From Pseudomonadota bacterium (GTDB lineage Bacteria; Desulfobacterota; Desulfobulbia; Desulfobulbales; SURF-16): a stretch of DNA of 64,000 bases. Every line of letters begins with the position of its first letter. Within the stretch, counting starts at the first letter, position 1. Below, in pieces: positions 59,486 to 64,000 of the stretch. Below the pieces are notes generated by a model. The model had not been told where the DNA came from and made no database searches. It saw nothing but the letters and a program-made list of their open reading frames with translations. A program made the position numbers and the translations under genes. Location of the stretch: the NCBI GenBank assembly GCA_043809085.1, contig JAZDEG010000030.1, positions 21,378 through 85,377 on the forward strand, in the 5' to 3' direction.

Positions 59486-60538
59486 TCAGTCTGTTACAGA
59501 ACGCGGCGAGATCAACTGGGCGATCTCCACGGTAACCGGCATCCCCAGTTTGAGCTGGTTATCCGGATCATGGACAAGAATCCGCACTTCGTAAACCAGT
59601 TTCGTGCGCAGGTCGGTGGTTTCCACTGTTTTGGGAGTGAATTCGGCCACCGGGGAAATGAAACCGACCTGTCCGTTAAAGCTGCGATCAGGCCGGGAAT
59701 CACTGGTAACGGCGGCGACAGCGCCTTGTACCAGACGGCCCAGATCAGGTTCCGGAACATAGGCCCGCACCCATTTCGGATTAGTCAGAGCCAAAATAAA
59801 GACCGGTCGTGAAGGACCGGCCATCTCGCCGGGCTCCAGAATACGACTCTGGATGATGCCGTCTGATGGTGACTTAAGAATCGTGTCCTCAAGTCGATGG
59901 AGCAGCAGGGAAATTTCCGCCTCTTTTGCCTGTAACCGTGCCTCGGCCTCGCCAATATCCTCACGGCGCGGTCCTTCCAGGGCAAGATCAAGCGCCTGCC
60001 GCCGAACTTTGAGTTGCGCTTCCTCGTCGTCAAGGCGGGCCTTGGCGTTGTCAAGGGTCTGTTTGCTGCTGGCCCCGACCGGAACGGTTTTCTGTAATCT
60101 CTCCAAGTTCAGACGAGCATTGTTTGCTCTTACTCTGGCCGCCTCCACTTCGCTGCGCGCCTGCTCGATCTCCTGCCGTCGGGTACCGGTCTTCAATCGC
60201 TGTACCACCTGGCGCTGGGCCTCAAGGTTGGCTCGTGCTGCAGTGAGCTGATCCTGCATACGGACGGAACGCAACCTTGCCAGGATTTGACCTGATGCAA
60301 TCGTGTCGCCTTCCTCCACCATCACCTGTTCAAGAATTTCTTCTTCATTGAAAACCAGCCTGGCATCGCGGATTTCGATATTGCCGCAAAGGGTCAGACT
60401 GCCGTTTTCCTTGCTGTGCACCTGCGGCCACAACCACGTTTTTCCAACACCGACGATAACGGCAATCAAAATCAGGATAACAATAAAAAGAAGGGGACGT
60501 TTCATAAAATTACTCCCTTTATTAAACGGAAGGTTCAT
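59486..60538 (-). CDS. HlyD-family membrane fusion / periplasmic adaptor protein (YbhG-like).
   Basis: 350-aa ORF with a TM anchor (MKRPLLFIVILILIAVIV), a long coiled coil and a beta-barrel C-terminus. The true start is probably the ATG at 60505. Confidence 0.85.
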   Translation of the reverse strand: MNLPFNKGSNFMKRPLLFIVILILIAVIVGVGKTWLWPQVHSKENGSLTLCGNIEIRDARLVFNEEEILEQVMVEEGDTIASGQILARLRSVRMQDQLTAARANLEAQRQVVQRLKTGTRRQEIEQARSEVEAARVRANNARLNLERLQKTVPVGASSKQTLDNAKARLDDEEAQLKVRRQALDLALEGPRREDIGEAEARLQAKEAEISLLLHRLEDTILKSPSDGIIQSRILEPGEMAGPSRPVFILALTNPKWVRAYVPEPDLGRLVQGAVAAVTSDSRPDRSFNGQVGFISPVAEFTPKTVETTDLRTKLVYEVRILVHDPDNQLKLGMPVTVEIAQLISPRSVTD

Positions 60539-60783
60539 GAGAGAAAGGATTCAGGGTTTGAAAAACAACTTTTCCGGCTTTTTAAACCTTTTTTATTCTT
60601 CTATAGTGTATTTCCAGTTGATCATCACCTTTTTTAAGCTGGAGCCGTAATACATGTGGGCACTTTCTGTAAAATGCAGGACGATGGCAAAATTTTGTTT
60701 TCCTTTTTGTGACAATGCACGAAAAAAATGTGTACTATATAGAAAATATATTATTTCCGTGAACAAGAGACAGGAGGGGGATT

Positions 60784-62664
60784 ATGACTGTTTTTTTCCG
60801 CACGATTCTTGTTTTTATCTTTGTCGTTCTCGTTCTGCCGCAAGACGATGTCTCCGCCCATTCCGTTGAAGATCCGCCGGAAATGAGCTACAGTGATTTC
60901 CTGTCAAAAATTTACCGTGACGAAGTTGCTGAAATCACTGAAATCCGCCTCCAGGGCGGCACCGTTTATCTGACAGATACTACGGGCAACAAATTCACGA
61001 CTTTTTCCCCTGACGTCCCCGGGCTTCTCCCCAAATTACTCGAAAAAAAGATCATCATCCGGGCTCAAACCGAAAAACAGTATTACCACACGGAAATATT
61101 CTCTCTCGTCTTGTCCCTTACTATCTTTATACTTGCCTGGTTCACTCTGAAAAAAATAAGGAGCAGGCACAAAAAAAAGAATGAAAAATTCGGTCAGGAA
61201 AAGGCCATAAAATTTCAAAAAGGAGGGAAACAGGTCACATTCAAGGATGTCGCGGGTATTCCCGAGGCAAAAGAGGAGCTGCGCGAGATCGTCGAATTTC
61301 TGCAAAAACCTGAAAAATTCAGTCGGCTTGGCGCAAACATACCGAAAGGTATTCTCTTCCAGGGCCCCCCTGGAACCGGAAAAACCCTCCTGGCCCGTGC
61401 CGTTGCCGGTGAAGCAGGAGTTCCGTTTTACAGTATCAGCGGATCGGATTTTGTCGAAATGTTTGTTGGTGTCGGCGCGTCCCGGGTGCGGGATCTTTTC
61501 AGTGAAGCCAAAAAGAGCGCACCTTGCATTATCTTTATCGATGAAATCGACGCGGTGGGCGGGCATCGTGGCGCAGGCGGCGGCAGCGCCGGTCAGGAGG
61601 AACGGGGCCAGACCCTGAACGCCCTGCTGGTTGAGATGGATGGTTTCAGTTCAGATGAGACAATCATCCTGCTTGCCGCAACGAACCGACCGGACATCCT
61701 TGACCCCGCACTGCTCCGGTCCGGCCGTTTTGACCGGCAGATCAACATGTTGCCCCCGGACGTCAAAGGACGATTAAAGATACTCAACGTTCATATCAAA
61801 AAAATTCCACTTTCACAGGATGTGGAGCTGGATAAAATTGCCCGCTCCACTCCTGGATTTACCGGAGCTGAACTGGCGGCTCTGGTGAACGAAGCGGCAA
61901 TCATTGCCGGACGACAGGGGAAAACGTCGGTAGGGACGAATGATTTCGAGACTGCCCGCGACAGAATCATGATGGGAATTGAACGCAAGGGCCTGATCAT
62001 CAGTGACAAAGATCGCAGAACCATGGCCTTCCATGAAGCGGGTCATGCCATTGTCGCCAGATTTGTTCCCGAAGCCGATCCCATTCATAAAATTTCCATT
62101 ATTCCCAGAGGTAGAGCGTTGGGACACACCCTGCAACTCCCCCTGGCCGACCGCCACGCCTATTCCAAGGAATATCTTCACAGCAAAATCGCCATTTTCA
62201 TGGGGGGACGGGCAGCAGAAGAAATCTGCTTCAACCAGCAGACCACCGGCGCTGAAGATGATCTCCATCAGGCAGTACAGATCGCCAACAAAATGGTATG
62301 TCGCTGGGGTATGAATCCTGTGATCGGTGCAGTTTCCTACTCAAGGGATAATGGCGGCTTTCTTGGTGAGCGAAGAGCGGTAAGCTCCGCATACAGCGAG
62401 GAAACAGCCCGCAATATTGACCGGGAAGTGAAAAAAATCATTGATGAATGTTACTATGAGGCGACGCAAATTCTCGAAATGGAAAAAGATTTCCTCACCC
62501 ACCTGGCGGAGATGCTGCTGGTGAATGAAACCCTGGACCAGGAAGAGATGGAAATTGTTCACACCTGTATTAAAAAGAAACGAATGGAAGCGGCAAAATC
62601 AACGGAATTCGACAATGATTCCTGTCAGACCAGAACAGATGGAAAATCCGCGTCTGTTGACTGA
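60784..62664 (+). CDS. ftsH: ATP-dependent zinc metalloprotease FtsH.
   Basis: 626 aa. It has two TM segments, AAA+ motifs ([20 protein letters not shown]), the SRH and the HEAGH zinc site. Confidence 0.95.
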   Translation: MTVFFRTILVFIFVVLVLPQDDVSAHSVEDPPEMSYSDFLSKIYRDEVAEITEIRLQGGTVYLTDTTGNKFTTFSPDVPGLLPKLLEKKIIIRAQTEKQYYHTEIFSLVLSLTIFILAWFTLKKIRSRHKKKNEKFGQEKAIKFQKGGKQVTFKDVAGIPEAKEELREIVEFLQKPEKFSRLGANIPKGILFQGPPGTGKTLLARAVAGEAGVPFYSISGSDFVEMFVGVGASRVRDLFSEAKKSAPCIIFIDEIDAVGGHRGAGGGSAGQEERGQTLNALLVEMDGFSSDETIILLAATNRPDILDPALLRSGRFDRQINMLPPDVKGRLKILNVHIKKIPLSQDVELDKIARSTPGFTGAELAALVNEAAIIAGRQGKTSVGTNDFETARDRIMMGIERKGLIISDKDRRTMAFHEAGHAIVARFVPEADPIHKISIIPRGRALGHTLQLPLADRHAYSKEYLHSKIAIFMGGRAAEEICFNQQTTGAEDDLHQAVQIANKMVCRWGMNPVIGAVSYSRDNGGFLGERRAVSSAYSEETARNIDREVKKIIDECYYEATQILEMEKDFLTHLAEMLLVNETLDQEEMEIVHTCIKKKRMEAAKSTEFDNDSCQTRTDGKSASVD

Positions 62665-62818
62665 TTCGAAAAAACCTTGAAACGCATTCTCGCTGAACAA
62701 CCCCACCTGCTTCGCCTGAAACATTTTCCAGGGGTGTTGCCCTCTCTTGTCGTGCTATGGTATATCATGGCATAACAACCTGACAACTTTAATGAATCCG
62801 CTTCTTGAGGAGAATGTG

Positions 62819-64000
62819 ATGAACGATATGAAATTAAAAAAAATTCCGGGTTTTCATGACGTGCCAGGTCCCTTGGTCATGGTAATCATGGACGGGGTCG
62901 GCATCGGCAAGCAGGATGAAAGCGACGGTGTTTTCATGGCCTACACTCCAACCCTGGACGAACTGTTCAAGGAACCTCTTTTCACCCGGCTCAAGGCCCA
63001 TGGGAAAGCGGTTGGAATGCCTTCAGACGACGACATGGGCAATTCAGAAGTGGGTCACAATGCCCTGGGCGCCGGCCGCATCTTTTTTCAGGGGGCGAAG
63101 CTTGTCAGTGAAGCGATCGCATCCGGCAATATTTTTCACAGCAAAGCCTGGTCTGAAATACAAAACCGTTGCGCCCAGGGAGGAACACTTCATCTCATCG
63201 GCATGGTTTCCGACGGCAACGTCCACAGCCACATTGATCACCTCTATGCCATTCTGTCACAATGCGCGGCTGATGGATTCAAAGAGGTTCGGGTTCACGG
63301 TCTGCTCGACGGCAGGGATGTCGGAGAAAAAAGCGGACTGACCTATTTCTCCCCTTTGGAGGAAAAACTCGCCCAACTGTCTACTGGAGGCAGGCATTAC
63401 TGTATCGCTTCCGGCGGAGGAAGGATGATCACCACCATGGACCGCTATAATGCCGACTGGAGCGTGGTGGAAAGGGGCTGGAAGGCTCACGTGCTGGGCG
63501 AAGGTCGTCTCTTCTCTTCCGCCACCGAGGCAATCCGCACCTATTATGAAGAAAATTCCGACATGACCGACCAGTACATGGAAAGTTTTGTCATCGCTGA
63601 AAACGGAAATCCGGTGGGGACGATACGGGACGGTGATGCTGTTGTTCTTTTCAACTTCAGGGGCGACCGGGCCATTGAACTGTCACGGGCCTTTGAAGAA
63701 AAGGATTTTTCCGAGTTTGACCGTAAGCGGTTTCCTGATGTTTTTTATGCCGGTATGATGGAGTATGACGGCGACTCCCATATTCCCAGGAACTATCTGG
63801 TTGAACCACCGGCCATCGATCTCACCCTGGGAGAATATCTCTGCGCCACCTCGATCCCCTCTTTTGCCATTTCCGAAACCCAGAAATACGGACATGTCAC
63901 ATATTTCTGGAACGGCAACAACTCGGGCTACATTGACGAAAAACTGGAAAAATACGTGGAGATTCTTTCCGATAAGCTGGCCTTTAACCTGCGTCCCTGG
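62819..64000 (+). CDS. gpmI: 2,3-bisphosphoglycerate-independent phosphoglycerate mutase, N-terminal ~394 aa. The gene continues beyond the window end.
   Basis: The frame is open from the ATG at 62819 to the window end and is absent from the ORF track because it has no stop. RBS GAGGAG lies 6 nt upstream. My translation contains MDGVGIG, MGNSEVGHNALGAGR, HLIGMVSDGNVHSH, GGRMITTMDRYNADW and SETQKYGHVTYFWNG. Confidence 0.85.
   Translation, partial: MNDMKLKKIPGFHDVPGPLVMVIMDGVGIGKQDESDGVFMAYTPTLDELFKEPLFTRLKAHGKAVGMPSDDDMGNSEVGHNALGAGRIFFQGAKLVSEAIASGNIFHSKAWSEIQNRCAQGGTLHLIGMVSDGNVHSHIDHLYAILSQCAADGFKEVRVHGLLDGRDVGEKSGLTYFSPLEEKLAQLSTGGRHYCIASGGGRMITTMDRYNADWSVVERGWKAHVLGEGRLFSSATEAIRTYYEENSDMTDQYMESFVIAENGNPVGTIRDGDAVVLFNFRGDRAIELSRAFEEKDFSEFDRKRFPDVFYAGMMEYDGDSHIPRNYLVEPPAIDLTLGEYLCATSIPSFAISETQKYGHVTYFWNGNNSGYIDEKLEKYVEILSDKLAFNLRPW

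Overview
This 64-kb segment looks like chromosome from a Gram-negative anaerobe of the Desulfobacterota type. That placement is inferred from gene content only; no search was run. About 50 genes are supported. I saw no rRNA, tRNA, CRISPR array, IS element or prophage.

The main feature is a minus-strand Wood-Ljungdahl supercluster at 2.3-24.1 kb. Its order is fhs, terminator, an MshE/PilB-like ATPase, promoter, folD-acsA(cooS)-metF::acsD-acsB-acsC, hairpin, fdhA-hdrA-mvhD, terminator.

The ORF track splits fdhA, hdrA and mvhD into two ORFs each. In all three the split is an in-frame TGA at a conserved Cys/Sec position, followed 12-21 nt later by a small hairpin with a GGU-containing loop. I therefore call them three consecutive selenoprotein genes of 1407, 1014 and 199 aa.

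Other unusual points:
- fdhA is a giant fusion of 2Fe-2S, GltD-like and Mo-bisPGD domains.
- hdrA is a tandem HdrA with no hdrB or hdrC nearby.
- metF is fused to acsD through an Ala/Glu/Lys linker encoded by 72-nt tandem repeats.
- The secretion-type ATPase inside the cluster has two MshEN c-di-GMP motifs at its N-terminus and a cNMP-binding domain at its C-terminus.
- A ferredoxin, an AOR-family enzyme and GlgX are translationally coupled, next to pgm.
- An HPF/RaiA-cold-shock-domain fusion sits beside an unknown 234-aa protein.

The rest is ordinary housekeeping: thyX, nifSU, uvrC, leuB, mutY, lpxB, tag, ftsH, gpmI, transporters, signalling proteins and a YbhGFSR-like ABC exporter. All functional calls rest on motif and family recognition by eye and remain to be confirmed by homology search.
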